Assembly: GCA_965204805.1 (NCBI GenBank)
Contig: OZ242013.1
Span: 3,059,598 to 3,123,597 of the forward strand
Direction: 5' to 3'
Length of the DNA: 64,000 nucleotides
Origin: Dehalococcoidia bacterium
Lineage (GTDB): Bacteria > Chloroflexota > Dehalococcoidia > Lucifugimonadales > UBA3495
Part shown: piece after piece, positions 1-8,938 of the stretch
Layout: the number at the start of each line of letters is the position of its first letter
How positions within the stretch are numbered: the stretch's first letter is position 1
Notes under the pieces: generated by a model
Told to the model about the DNA's origin: nothing
Databases searched by the model: none
What the model saw: only the letters and a program-made list of their open reading frames with translations
Program-made: the position numbers and the translations under genes

Positions 1-112
1 AACCGCGCATGATCATGAGATGGAAGGCCAGAGCTCGTGAAATCTCCTCAAGGGTACTCTCTTCAGGCTGCCTTTCAATTAGCTTGATCAATTCTTCCTT
101 GGGTGTCGACAT
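1..112 (-). CDS. partial small ORF, antitoxin-like helical protein (C-terminus lies outside window)
   Basis: ATG at 112..110 with GAGG just upstream. Reads MSTPKEELIKLIERQPEESTLEEISRALAFHLMIMRG and runs past position 1, so it is absent from the ORF track. Family guess from memory only. Confidence 0.3.
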   Translation of the reverse strand, partial: MSTPKEELIKLIERQPEESTLEEISRALAFHLMIMRG

Positions 113-200
113 CCTCAAGGACCTCTACTCTCTTCTCACATACGGGCGTCCCGTTGGCTGTGGGACGCCCACGACCTTGCTCTCGCTGTTCGACTGGGAC

Positions 201-1424
201 TTACACCGCCACGGGCGCGGGGGCGTTGGGGTTAGCCACACCCTCGGGCCACCAGCGGGTCTCGTAGCCCGGCCAGATGTCGCGGACGTAGGGCATCACC
301 TCGCGGGCGAAGAGTTCGGTGTTCTTCATCGCCAGTTCCTTGGGCATATCGCCGAACTGGAGCAGCAACATCAGGTTGCCCACCTTCAGCTCCTTGATGG
401 CGTGGGTCAGGTGTTCGCGCACCGTCTGCGGCCCGCCGACGATGACGTTGCCCGCTTCCAGGTAGTCGGTCCAGGTGAATTCCTTGAGCTGGTCCTCCCG
501 CGACTGGGTGGTGGAGTTGGCTACCGTGGAGTTGTTGCTGCGCACCGAGCGGTAGCCCGGCGGGTTGCCGAAGCCGGAGTGGATGTGCAGGCACTTCTTG
601 AAGAAGTACTCTATGGATTCCTTGTATTCCTCGGCCTGTCCGTCGGTCTCCGACACCGCCACCAGTTGCAGGAACCCGGCGTGGTAGGGGTTGAACTCCT
701 TGCCCTGCCGGTCCATCTCTTCCCAGAAGCCGTCCAGCACCGTCTTGCCCACCTTGTAGCCGGAGTAGGAGAGGTAGCAGTAGACATAGTCGTTGCGGAT
801 GGTCCAGTCCCAGGTCTCCAGGCTGCCGCTGCCCGGAACCCAGATGGGCGGGCGAGGCTGCTGGTAGGGGCGCGGCCAGATGTTGACGTAGCGCTGCTGG
901 TTGTACTTGCCGTTGAAGGAGAAGGGTTCGCGCTCCGTCCAGGCCTTGACCACCAGGTCGTGGGCCTCCTGGTACTTCTCGCGCAGGGTGATGGGAACCT
1001 GGCCGTAGCCGAAGATGGTGTCCATCGCCGTGCCCAGCGGGAAGCCGGCTATGAGCCGCCCGCCGCTGAGAACGTCCAGCATGGCGAACTCTTCAGCCAC
1101 GCGGATGGGCGGGTTGTATAGCGCCAGGCTGTTGCCCAGCACCACGATGGCGGCGTCGGACGTGTCGCGGGCCATGGCCGAGGCCATCAGGTTGGGTGAG
1201 GGCATCAAACCGTAGGCGTTGGCGTGGTGCTCGTTGACGCAGATGCCGTCGAAGCCCATGGCCTCGGCGAACTTCAACTCATCTAGGTAGTCGGTGTACA
1301 AGCGGTGTCCCTGAGCGGGGTCGAACAGCGAATTGGGAACATCCACCCAAACGCTGTGGTAATCTTGTTCAAAGTTGGCGGGCAGCCCCTGGTAGGGCAT
1401 AAGGTGGAAGAAACACAGCTTCAT
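201..1424 (-). CDS. LLM-class (luciferase-like) flavin-dependent oxidoreductase
   Basis: 407-aa ORF. MKLCFFHLMPY...FDGICVNEHHANAYGLMPSPN...LGNSLALYNPPIRVAEEFAMLDVLSGGRLIAGFPLG fits the luciferase-like monooxygenase pattern. The 370-aa antisense ORF is a GC shadow. Confidence 0.85.
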   Translation of the reverse strand: MKLCFFHLMPYQGLPANFEQDYHSVWVDVPNSLFDPAQGHRLYTDYLDELKFAEAMGFDGICVNEHHANAYGLMPSPNLMASAMARDTSDAAIVVLGNSLALYNPPIRVAEEFAMLDVLSGGRLIAGFPLGTAMDTIFGYGQVPITLREKYQEAHDLVVKAWTEREPFSFNGKYNQQRYVNIWPRPYQQPRPPIWVPGSGSLETWDWTIRNDYVYCYLSYSGYKVGKTVLDGFWEEMDRQGKEFNPYHAGFLQLVAVSETDGQAEEYKESIEYFFKKCLHIHSGFGNPPGYRSVRSNNSTVANSTTQSREDQLKEFTWTDYLEAGNVIVGGPQTVREHLTHAIKELKVGNLMLLLQFGDMPKELAMKNTELFAREVMPYVRDIWPGYETRWWPEGVANPNAPAPVAV

Positions 1425-1530
1425 AACGGTACAATCCTTCAGGGGGGCGTTTTCAGGATTTTACACTGAACGAGAATGCCCCGCCACCGCAGCCTCTCCG
1501 CACTGCCTGAAGAATGAACGGAGCAAAACC

Positions 1531-2364
1531 ATGCCAAGCATCGAACAGCAAGTAGGGTTGGTGAAGACCTTGGTGAACGGCATACGCAATAACACCGCCG
1601 CGTTCACGGCGGAGCAGTTGGCCCGGCCCAGCGCCTGCGCCGACTGGCAGGTGCAAGACGTGCTGAGCCACCTCATCGGCGGGGCCGAGCGTCAGGCCGA
1701 CAGTATGCGCCGGGGCCGCGCCGGGGATTCCGGGCCCGCCCCGGGCTTCACGCCCATGGACAGCACGGCGATGTCGGCCACCAACGCCCAGCGCGACATC
1801 CAGAGGCGCGAGCAGTTGGGCGACGGGCTGCTGTCGGCCTACGACGCCGCCTACGCCAGCCTGCAAGAGCAGATTGACGCCATCGGCCCCAACGACTGGG
1901 AAACCCCCTGCTGGCACCTGCGCCGGGGGGCCATTTCCGCCGCCGATTACTTGGAGCTTCGCATACAGGAGCTGGCCATCCACGACTGGGATATGCGCCA
2001 CGGCCTTGAGGACTCCCCGCAGCTCAACGCCGACTGCGTGTCCACCCTGCTGAGCGCCACCCCCAAGTGGCTGGGGATGTGCTTTCGCCCCAGCGAGAAG
2101 CTGGACGCGCCGGTGGTCTACGAGTTCGACCTAGCCCCGCCCCACGAAACCAGCATAATAGTCCGGGTGCAGGGCGACAGCTTCGACTTACCGGCGAAGG
2201 AAGACGCCCCGGAGCGCTGGACGGTGTGCGCCGAGGCCCCGTCCTTTCTGCTGTTCATCTATGGCCGCATCACCGGGCGGGAGGCCATCGCAGCTAACGA
2301 GTTCGCCATCACCGGGGATCCCGTCCTGCTGGACAGATTCGAGGGATGGTTCCGGGGGGTGTGA
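1531..2364 (+). CDS. DinB-superfamily / maleylpyruvate-isomerase-N (TIGR03083-like) protein
   Basis: 277 aa. N-terminal four-helix signature with ADWQVQDVLSHLIGG, typical of MDMPI_N/DinB-like proteins. Confidence 0.6.
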   Translation: MPSIEQQVGLVKTLVNGIRNNTAAFTAEQLARPSACADWQVQDVLSHLIGGAERQADSMRRGRAGDSGPAPGFTPMDSTAMSATNAQRDIQRREQLGDGLLSAYDAAYASLQEQIDAIGPNDWETPCWHLRRGAISAADYLELRIQELAIHDWDMRHGLEDSPQLNADCVSTLLSATPKWLGMCFRPSEKLDAPVVYEFDLAPPHETSIIVRVQGDSFDLPAKEDAPERWTVCAEAPSFLLFIYGRITGREAIAANEFAITGDPVLLDRFEGWFRGV

Positions 2365-2427
2365 GCAAGGTCTTTTGATTCTTGACGCAATTGTATGAAT
2401 CAGGATTGGAGTAACGTAGTCAAAGAT

Positions 2428-2466
2428 TTCACCCCCAGCCTAACCCTCCCTCTCAAGGGGGAGAGG
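2428..2466 (+). repeat. REP-A copy (hairpin repeat, spurious peptide PLxGEG)
   Basis: ttcacccccagcctaaccctccctctcaagggggagagg; intergenic, directly upstream of the FAD oxidoreductase start and preceded by a family-D' fragment (2391..2407). Confidence 0.85.
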
Positions 2467-2467
2467 A

Positions 2468-3613
2468 TTGTGGGGAGGAGTTGATGCGTTGAGTAACACC
2501 GCCAAAGACGTTGTAGTCATCGGCGCAGGCATCGTGGGCAGTATGAGCAGCTATCTGCTGTCCAGGAGCGGCCTGAGCGTCGCCATGCTTGACCCCGACC
2601 CTTTAGGCAGCCACGCTTCCGGTTTCGCCTTTGGCGGGCTGGACCCGCTGCATGGCATGGGGCTGCCGGAGCCGCTGCTGGATTTCAGCCTCCACTGTTT
2701 CCGGCGACATCAGGATGTGGCGCGAGAACTGCATGGCGCGACGGGAATAGACCATCACTTCCAGACCCGCGACCGTCTGTACCTGGCCTTCGATGAGGAG
2801 GACATCAGGGGGTATGACGCCAACCTGGCCTGGATGAAGGACGTTTCCATGTTCAACGTCAGCCGGGTGGACGGCGACACCGCCCGCCGTCTGGAGCCGA
2901 AAGTGAACCCCGCCTGTATCGGCGCGCTGTACCAGCAGGGGGCGGCTTCGGTGGACGCCCACAGCCTGACCCTGGCCGCCGCCCGCGCCGCCGAGCATTA
3001 TGGTACGGAGCTTGTCTTGCAGCGGGCCATCGGCGTCGAGCATCACGGCGGACGGGTTAGCGCCGCAACCTTCGCGGACGGGAAGATTGAGGCCGGAGCG
3101 GTAATCGTCGCCATGGGGCCGTGGTCGCGGCTGATTGCCGACTGGTGCGATACGGAACTGCCGGTGCAGCCGCTGAAGGGACAGATACTGCGCTTGCGGC
3201 ACGACGGCCCGGCCTTCGACGTAGCCCTGAACTACCGCGGCAACTACGTGGACACCAAGCCCGACGGGCTGGTGTGGACCGGCTCAACCGAGGAAGAAGC
3301 GGGATTCGAGGCCGAGACGACCTCAGCGGCCCATGACACCATCCGGCAGAACGCCGCCCAGATGGCTCCTGATTTGGCCAACGCGCAACTGGTGCGGCAG
3401 ACCGCCTGTCTGCGCCCCGTTACACCTGACGGCATCCCCATAGTGGACCGGCTGCCAGGCTGGGACAACCTCTACGTCGCCACCGGCGCGGGGCGCAAGG
3501 GCATCCTCTGGAGCATTGGAATGTGCGACATCATCACCGGCATGGTGATGCAGGACGGCGCGGAAGTGGCCGGGGCGGAGCACCTGAAGGCCGACCGCTT
3601 CGCTAGTGTCTGA
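2468..3613 (+). CDS. FAD-dependent oxidoreductase (DAO / glycine-oxidase-like family)
   Basis: 381 aa. Rossmann motif VVVIGAGIVGSMSSYLL near the N-terminus; length and C-terminal GAGRKG-type region fit the DAO family. TTG start in track; in-frame TTG at 2489 is also possible. Confidence 0.8.
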   Translation: MWGGVDALSNTAKDVVVIGAGIVGSMSSYLLSRSGLSVAMLDPDPLGSHASGFAFGGLDPLHGMGLPEPLLDFSLHCFRRHQDVARELHGATGIDHHFQTRDRLYLAFDEEDIRGYDANLAWMKDVSMFNVSRVDGDTARRLEPKVNPACIGALYQQGAASVDAHSLTLAAARAAEHYGTELVLQRAIGVEHHGGRVSAATFADGKIEAGAVIVAMGPWSRLIADWCDTELPVQPLKGQILRLRHDGPAFDVALNYRGNYVDTKPDGLVWTGSTEEEAGFEAETTSAAHDTIRQNAAQMAPDLANAQLVRQTACLRPVTPDGIPIVDRLPGWDNLYVATGAGRKGILWSIGMCDIITGMVMQDGAEVAGAEHLKADRFASV

Positions 3614-3648
3614 TCGAGGAGTTGCTCACAAGTGATTCCTGGTCTGAC

Positions 3649-3677
3649 CGTCATTCCCGCTTTCGCGGGAATGACGG
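3649..3677. repeat. REP-B copy (palindrome, spurious peptide IPAFAGMT)
   Basis: cgtcattcccgctttcgcgggaatgacgg, a perfect hairpin between two convergent genes. Confidence 0.85.
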
Positions 3678-3701
3678 GGCAGGCGTATGCTCTGTGGCCG
3701 G

Positions 3702-4406
3702 TTACAGCACATAGCGGCGCAGCGCGTGCTTCCGCGCCACTAGCAGGCCGTCCTCGCGGCTGATGCGCATGGCGAAGTCGTAGCGGTCGGCTTCCAGCGC
3801 CAGGGTTACGTCCTCCGGGTGATACTGCGGCTGGTTGTCGTCAAAGAACTTCTGCGTCGCCCCGCCGGTCATTATCAGCGACTTCACGGCGTCGAAGTCG
3901 GGCTTGCGACCCTCGACGATGTTGCGCAGGTAGATGCCGCACTGCTCGTCCTCGTCGGAGCGCACCCGGCCCTGGTCACCCATGGCGATGATGGACAGCA
4001 CGTCGGGCCGCTGGCGGCGGACAGCGTCGGCGGTGGCCTGGGCCACCACGAAGGAGCCGAGATAGATGACGTCGGCGTTGGCGGCGGCGGCCACGCCCAC
4101 GGTTCCGGCGCGGGTGGACTGCACCAGGCTCTTGCCTGCCACATCAGCCTGCGATATTTCATAGGGCGAGTTGCCGAAGTCGAACCCCTCGGGCCGCTTC
4201 CCGTCCACTTCGCCCATCAGCAGGTCGCCGACGCCGCTGCGGTACAGTTCCAGCGCGTCCTCCGCCTCGGCCACCAGCGTTATCTGCGTCGCGCCCCGGT
4301 CGAAGGCGATGGCGGCGGTGGTGAAGGCCCGGAACACGTCTATGATGATGGCTGTGCCGGTGGCTTCCTGGGCGTCGCGCACTAGGCTGCCCATGCGTAT
4401 TTCCAT
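3702..4406 (-). CDS. 2-phosphosulfolactate phosphatase (ComB) family protein
   Basis: 234 aa. IIIDVFRAFTTAAIAF and FDFGNSPYE motifs plus length match the ComB family. Confidence 0.7.
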   Translation of the reverse strand: MEIRMGSLVRDAQEATGTAIIIDVFRAFTTAAIAFDRGATQITLVAEAEDALELYRSGVGDLLMGEVDGKRPEGFDFGNSPYEISQADVAGKSLVQSTRAGTVGVAAAANADVIYLGSFVVAQATADAVRRQRPDVLSIIAMGDQGRVRSDEDEQCGIYLRNIVEGRKPDFDAVKSLIMTGGATQKFFDDNQPQYHPEDVTLALEADRYDFAMRISREDGLLVARKHALRRYVL

Positions 4407-4440
4407 GTAAAGCCTCGAAGTAGATTTGCCTTTTCAGTGT

Positions 4441-4863
4441 CTAGCTGGCCGACTCGGTAAGCGGCTCAAGTATGTCGAGAAGCTCGGAAATGGAATTCAG
4501 GTCCAATTCAATAGAGTCGGAACTCAACAGAAAATCGCGGACGTAATAGTTGCCGTGCAACTCGTTGGCTATACTTCTCAACCCCGGCAGGCGGGCATTT
4601 CCGGTCAAGCGTCGAGCATTGTCCAAGACCACACTGAATTGACCATGCTTGTGGTATTCCCACCCTTGCGCCGTGGCTACGGCCTTTGCCATCCACGCAG
4701 CCGCGCCCCACCCCTTCTCCGAAGCTTGGTGCAGGTCTCCCTCGGCTAGAAAGGCCCTGCTCCTGACTAGAAATTCCCGGGACTTGCGCCGGTAATCCTC
4801 AATCGCCGCTGGGTCAAAAAAGTCATCAGGGTCGGGAGACCCGTTCCTGGGATGTTGAGTCAT
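4441..4863 (-). CDS. PaREP1 / HEPN-like helical protein
   Basis: FLAEGDLHQASEKGWGAAAWMAKAVATAQGWEYHKHG resembles the PaREP1 family core. ATG at 4863 has a strong SD (GGTGAGGTGA) embedded in the end of the upstream NHL gene, 5 nt after its stop. AT-richer than its flanks by eye. Confidence 0.5.
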   Translation of the reverse strand: MTQHPRNGSPDPDDFFDPAAIEDYRRKSREFLVRSRAFLAEGDLHQASEKGWGAAAWMAKAVATAQGWEYHKHGQFSVVLDNARRLTGNARLPGLRSIANELHGNYYVRDFLLSSDSIELDLNSISELLDILEPLTESAS

Positions 4864-4868
4864 AAATC

Positions 4869-5819
4869 TCACCTCACCTTGGTCAGCTTCTGCAACGAGC
4901 GTATCTCCCGCGGCGGGTTGAGGTGGCTGCCGGTGTGCGTCCAGGATACTTCGCCGACGAAGATGTCGCCCCGAGAGTTGATGCAGACGCCGTGGGGGGC
5001 GATGAAATGCCCTGGTTCCTCGCTCTCCGGAGCGTCGCCCAGTCGGGCCAGCACGTTGCCGGTAACGTCATGGATGGCGACGCGGGGGCCGAGGCCGTAG
5101 GCCTGGGAGTTGGGGCCGATGGCGACGCCCAACTCACCGACGTACACCTTCTGGTCGCCGCTCTGGTCTATGTACAGGCCGCAGGGACGGGCCATGTTCT
5201 TCCACTGCGTCTCGAACTTGCCGTTCTTGTCGAACACCTGGATGCGCTGGTTCTCGCGGTCGGCAACATAGACCCAGCCCTCCTTGTCGGTGCAGACGTT
5301 GTGGGCGATGTTGAACTGCCCCTCGCCGGTGCCGGACTCGCCCCACGAGAACAGCAGCTTGCCGTCTGGCGAATACTTGTGGACGCGGGCGTTGCCGTAG
5401 CCGTCGGACACGTAGAAGTCGGCGGTCTGCGGGTCTATGGCAACGTGGGTGCAGCGGTTGAAAGGGTCGCCGCTCATGAAGGGCGCAGGCGTGCCGGGGA
5501 TTCCCAGCGTGAACAGCACCGTGCCGTCCAGGTTGCACTTGCGGACGGTATGGTCGCCGTCGTCGGTCAGGAAGATGGTATCGTCGGGACTCATGGTGAT
5601 GCCGTGGGCCCGGGGATACAGCCCCTCGCCCCAGGAGCGCAGGAAGTTACCTTCGGCGTCGAACACGATGACCGGATGCTCGCCGCGGTTGAACACGTAC
5701 ACGTTGTCGTTGGCGTCGCAACCGACGGCGGCGCACTCCTTGAACCTCCAACCGTCGGGCAACTTGCCCCAGCCCTCGGCGACTTCGTACTTGTACTGGC
5801 CTTCGCCCAATACCACCAT
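4869..5819 (-). CDS. NHL-repeat six-bladed beta-propeller protein (peptidyl-alpha-hydroxyglycine amidating-lyase-like)
   Basis: 316 aa. Repeated motifs of the form hhVxDxxNxRhxxF (e.g. VYVADRENQRIQVFD, IFLTDDGDHTVRKCN). Confidence 0.7.
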   Translation of the reverse strand: MVVLGEGQYKYEVAEGWGKLPDGWRFKECAAVGCDANDNVYVFNRGEHPVIVFDAEGNFLRSWGEGLYPRAHGITMSPDDTIFLTDDGDHTVRKCNLDGTVLFTLGIPGTPAPFMSGDPFNRCTHVAIDPQTADFYVSDGYGNARVHKYSPDGKLLFSWGESGTGEGQFNIAHNVCTDKEGWVYVADRENQRIQVFDKNGKFETQWKNMARPCGLYIDQSGDQKVYVGELGVAIGPNSQAYGLGPRVAIHDVTGNVLARLGDAPESEEPGHFIAPHGVCINSRGDIFVGEVSWTHTGSHLNPPREIRSLQKLTKVR

Positions 5820-5886
5820 TTCAACGCCTCCCGAATTTTCGGACTTTGGCTGTTATTACTACCGTCTTGACTGGACTCGCCGTTTG

Positions 5887-6465
5887 CTAAAGCTCCCGGA
5901 AGGTAGTGTAGCCCGCCGAGCCTGGAGCGTCGGGCTTGTCATCGTCCGGCCCGGTGGGCCCGCCGCGGCGGGCTTTGGCGTTCCACTCCTCGACCCGCAC
6001 CTCTACCAGCGCGGTCACGCCCAGATCGGATATCGGCGGCGGGTTGTAGTCGCGTTCCAGCAGCCGGTCGGGGAAGTAGCGTTGCACCATTTGGTCGAAC
6101 AGCGCAAACTTCTCGTCGTGGCCGGTCACCTCTCGGGCCGTGCCGAACAGCACCACGCTGCGGTAGTTCATCGAGTGGTTCATCGCCTTCCGCGAATACA
6201 CCAGCCCGTCCGTCAATGTCACTGTGACGCAGACCGGCGCGCCGCTGGCCAACAGTTCCAGGGCGCGGCTGCGAATCGAGCCATGCAGATACAGCCGGTC
6301 GGACCGCTCGCTGTCGTAGTGGTACGAAAGCGGTATCACGTAGGGCAAGCCGTCCTCGATAAATCCCACGTGGGCCACCAGCCCGGCGCTCAGGATTTCC
6401 GCGGCTTCTTCTGGAACAGCGCGTTCCGGGTGATTCTTGATTCGTGTTCGCTCGCTGATTTGCAA
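5887..6465 (-). CDS. pyridoxamine 5'-phosphate oxidase family (FMN-binding split-barrel) protein
   Basis: 192 aa. GLVAHVGFIEDGLPYVIPLSYHYD...LYLHGS pattern typical of the Pyridox_ox_2 family. Confidence 0.75.
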   Translation of the reverse strand: MQISERTRIKNHPERAVPEEAAEILSAGLVAHVGFIEDGLPYVIPLSYHYDSERSDRLYLHGSIRSRALELLASGAPVCVTVTLTDGLVYSRKAMNHSMNYRSVVLFGTAREVTGHDEKFALFDQMVQRYFPDRLLERDYNPPPISDLGVTALVEVRVEEWNAKARRGGPTGPDDDKPDAPGSAGYTTFREL

Positions 6466-6631
6466 CTCTTCGTCCTTATTTCTGCCTGCAACGGCCCACT
6501 ATCCTCGCTGCCAGGCAAGTATCAAAAACAGACTGCGTTGAATTTTAGCACGGCTGCCACTGGCTGCCACGCAATTTGCCAGCCCAGCAGCCCGGTTGCT
6601 AAGATGGCGACAAATCACGGCTATGACAAAT

Positions 6632-6667
6632 CCCCTCTCCCTGAGGGAGAGGGTCAGGGTGAGGGCG
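6632..6667 (-). repeat. REP-A copy
   Basis: cccctctccctgagggagagggtcagggtgagggcg, 10 nt upstream of the hemQ-like ATG (inside its leader). Confidence 0.85.
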
Positions 6668-6676
6668 TTTCCTAAT

Positions 6677-7423
6677 ATGCCGCATCATGAAGAACAGCAG
6701 ACACGACGCGATTTCGTAAAGTACACTTTCTTCAAGGTTGATCCGAAGTGGCGGTGGTCTCCTGAATATGGCGTGGAATACGGAGTTGGTATCGAATATC
6801 AAGAGAACCAGCGGGAGAAAATGAAGGCGGAGTTCGCCTCGGTGCTGGACGAGTTCTCCGGCCGGGTGGACGTTTCCAGCTACAGCCTGGTAGGGACGCG
6901 GGGCGACGCAGATATGATGCTGTGGATGGTCAGCCCCACGTTGGAGGCCATCAATGAGCTTTCGGCACAGCTCAACCGGACGGCGCTGGCGCCCTTCCTT
7001 TCGACGCCCTATTCCTACCTGGCGATGACCCGCCGCTCTCCCTACGTGGTCAACCACCGGCACGAAGGACAGGAAGGAACGTCGTCCACCATGCGCATGG
7101 TGGGCCGCAAGTACCTGTTCGTCTATCCCTTCGTCAAGACCCACGACTGGTATCAGCTTCCCAAGGAAGAGCGGCAGGAGCTGATGAACGAGCATTTCGT
7201 CATCGGCCACAAGTATCCCGACGTGAAAATCAGCACGGCCTACTCCTTCGGCCTGGACGACCAGGAGTTCGTGCTGGGCTTCGAGACCGACGACCCGTCC
7301 AACTTCCTGGACCTGGTGATGGAGCTGCGGGAGTCCAAGGCCCGCCCCTACACCCTGCTGGACACGCCGATATTCTCCTGCATCAGCAAGCCCATCGAGG
7401 CCTGCCTGGACGACCTGGTTTAG
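6677..7423 (+). CDS. hemQ: chlorite dismutase family protein, HemQ/ChdC-like (coproheme decarboxylase)
   Basis: ATG at 6677 (MPHHEEQQTRRDFVKYTFFKVD...). YLFVYPFVKTHDWYQLPKEERQELMNEHFVIGHKYP matches the Cld/HemQ family. The longer track ORF (6596) merely reads through REP-A. Confidence 0.75.
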   Translation: MPHHEEQQTRRDFVKYTFFKVDPKWRWSPEYGVEYGVGIEYQENQREKMKAEFASVLDEFSGRVDVSSYSLVGTRGDADMMLWMVSPTLEAINELSAQLNRTALAPFLSTPYSYLAMTRRSPYVVNHRHEGQEGTSSTMRMVGRKYLFVYPFVKTHDWYQLPKEERQELMNEHFVIGHKYPDVKISTAYSFGLDDQEFVLGFETDDPSNFLDLVMELRESKARPYTLLDTPIFSCISKPIEACLDDLV

Positions 7424-7460
7424 GCTGGCGGCAGAGACAACAGCCTGAATACCGGACCTT

Positions 7461-7500
7461 TTCACCCCCGTCTCAACCTTCCCCCTTGAGGGGGAAGGGG
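7461..7500 (+). repeat. REP-A copy
   Basis: ttcacccccgtctcaaccttcccccttgagggggaagggg, between the convergent hemQ-like and ferredoxin genes. Confidence 0.85.
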
Positions 7501-7550
7501 TTATGCGTGGGAATGGCGGTATTGGGGCGATTCGCCGGGGCAACAGTTTT

Positions 7551-7576
7551 AGGGGCGGGCATACATACCCGCCCCT
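7551..7576. terminator. GC hairpin between convergent genes (weak terminator candidate)
   Basis: aggggcggg-cataca ta-cccgcccct, a 9-bp stem. There is no clear U-tract on either strand, hence the low confidence. Confidence 0.3.
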
Positions 7577-7612
7577 ATATTGTCGCCGGGGGATACTTGG
7601 TTGGGCTGAAAA

Positions 7613-7882
7613 CTACTTGCGCTTCATCTCGGCGGGGTCGGTGTTCTTGAAGTAGTCGTAGTTCTTGGCGATGTAGTCCTGCCACTCTGCCGGGACCGAA
7701 TCCTCGGCGAAGATGGCAGTGACGGGACAGACCGGCTCGCAGGCGGCGCAGTCGATGCACTCGTCGGGGCTGATGTAGTACTGGTCGTCTTCGTCGCGGG
7801 TGTAGATGCAGTCCACCGGACAGACATCGACACAAGCGGAGTCTTTCAGGCCAACGCAGGGCTCGGCGATGATGTAGGTCAT
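7613..7882 (-). CDS. fdxA: ferredoxin (two Fe-S cluster, FdxA-like)
   Basis: 89 aa. CVGLKDSACVDVCPVDCIY and CIDCAACEPVCP cysteine motifs. Confidence 0.85.
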   Translation of the reverse strand: MTYIIAEPCVGLKDSACVDVCPVDCIYTRDEDDQYYISPDECIDCAACEPVCPVTAIFAEDSVPAEWQDYIAKNYDYFKNTDPAEMKRK

Positions 7883-8021
7883 TGCGGTCGGCTCTCTGTC
7901 AAGATTTAGCGCCGGGACTCGCTTCGCCGCTGGCGGGGCGGCAAAGGGTAGGCACTCCGCAGATTATAGCACAGCGCAAGGCGTTTGCAATAAGCCAAGC
8001 GTCGCCCACAGGGACTTTCGG

Positions 8022-8056
8022 TTCTCTCCCGCCCTAACCCCCCCGCTGGGGGAGGG
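8022..8056 (+). repeat. REP-A copy
   Basis: ttctctcccgccctaacccccccgctgggggaggg, just downstream of the Lrp/AsnC pseudogene. Confidence 0.8.
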
Positions 8057-8069
8057 AATAATTGAAGCC

Positions 8070-8512
8070 TTACAGCACCAGGCCATAGGCCCGCTTCTTG
8101 ATAGAGAGGTTTACGAAAGTCTGCGTACCCTGCACGCCGTCCACGACACCGACCTTGGTGCGAAGGAAGGTGCCCAGGCTTTTCTGCCGACTCCAGTCCG
8201 GCCCAGACGAAGACGTCGAAGGAACCCGGTGGTGATGGCGACATAGTGGGCCTCTTCCATGGCGGAGATGGCGTCGGCTACCGCATCGGACTTGCCGGGA
8301 CCGGTGGAAATTCCGATGAGGGCGGTGGTGGCGTAACCCAGCTTCTCCAAATTGGGCACCGCGATCACCTTCACCACGTCCTCTTTGACCAGCCTCCGCA
8401 GTCGCCGGCGCACGGTGCCTTCGCTTACTCCTACTTCACGGGCAATCTTGGCGTTGGAGGCTCTTCCATCCAGTTGCAACAGGGCTATAATCTTGCGGTC
8501 CAGTTCATCCAT
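8070..8512 (-). pseudogene. Lrp/AsnC-family transcriptional regulator interrupted by two 1-nt frame shifts
   Basis: Frame A: MDELDRKIIALLQLDGRASNAKIAREVGVSEGTVRRRLRRLV...HYVAITTG. Frame B: SFDVFVWAGLESAEK. Frame C: LGTFLRTKVGVVDGVQGTQTFVNLSIKKRAYGLVL*. Together these form a complete HTH+RAM protein. The shifts lie near 8219-8230 (GGGTT) and 8173-8187 (AAAAGCC). Confidence 0.75.
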
Positions 8513-8798
8513 CGCGCTACGCTCCCTTTATGCTCCGGCGGCGGCCGCGGGCGAGATGCCGTGTTATCCTGTCCCTCTCGCGACCGTTGGCCGGGGCCGA
8601 CTATGGGGCTGTCCGTTACGACGGAACATCATATTTCCCGCCCCTTGGAGTGTCAATAGCGAATTTCAGCTTTTAAATGCCAATATTAGCGCATTTTCGC
8701 TTGATACAGGCAACTTTGGCGTCTGATTTGGCAAAGTAGGCCCTGTTTTCTCTTGATAAACATTTACAAAACATTCCGCAATGATGCCTGCGACAAGT

Positions 8799-8827
8799 TT
8801 GACAGCAAGGGCCGCGGCTGATAAATT
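8799..8827 (+). promoter_or_regulatory. sigma70-like promoter candidate upstream of the fmdB-like gene
   Basis: TTGACA-17 nt-TAAATT inside the AT-rich 425-nt intergenic region shared with the divergent Lrp/AsnC gene. Confidence 0.4.
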
Positions 8828-8938
8828 ACCTAGTTGTTAGTTGACAGTCACTATGTCCGAGGGCCAACCTCCACCCACCCCCGCCAAGCGCGCAGCCCCA
8901 ACCGGACGCGCCGGGCGCTAAACGCCAGGAGATGATCA

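Noticed and set aside
9-1121. 370-aa plus-strand ORF antisense to the LLM oxidoreductase
   Set aside because: It is a typical GC-rich shadow ORF with Arg/Ala/Gly/Val-rich low-information sequence and no recognisable motifs. The opposite strand carries a clear LLM-family protein.
4923-6675. Long plus-strand ORFs (315 aa at 4923..5870 and 412 aa at 5437..6675) across the NHL and PNPOx genes
   Set aside because: They are antisense to two well-supported genes. Their composition is dominated by Ala/Gly/Val/Arg runs and they cross an intergenic region and a REP.
8513-8798. Possible structured ncRNA in the 425-nt Lrp/fmdB intergenic region
   Set aside because: I could not fold a convincing conserved-looking structure or recognise any known RNA family by eye. 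The region is better explained as two divergent promoter/operator regions. It remains unresolved rather than excluded.
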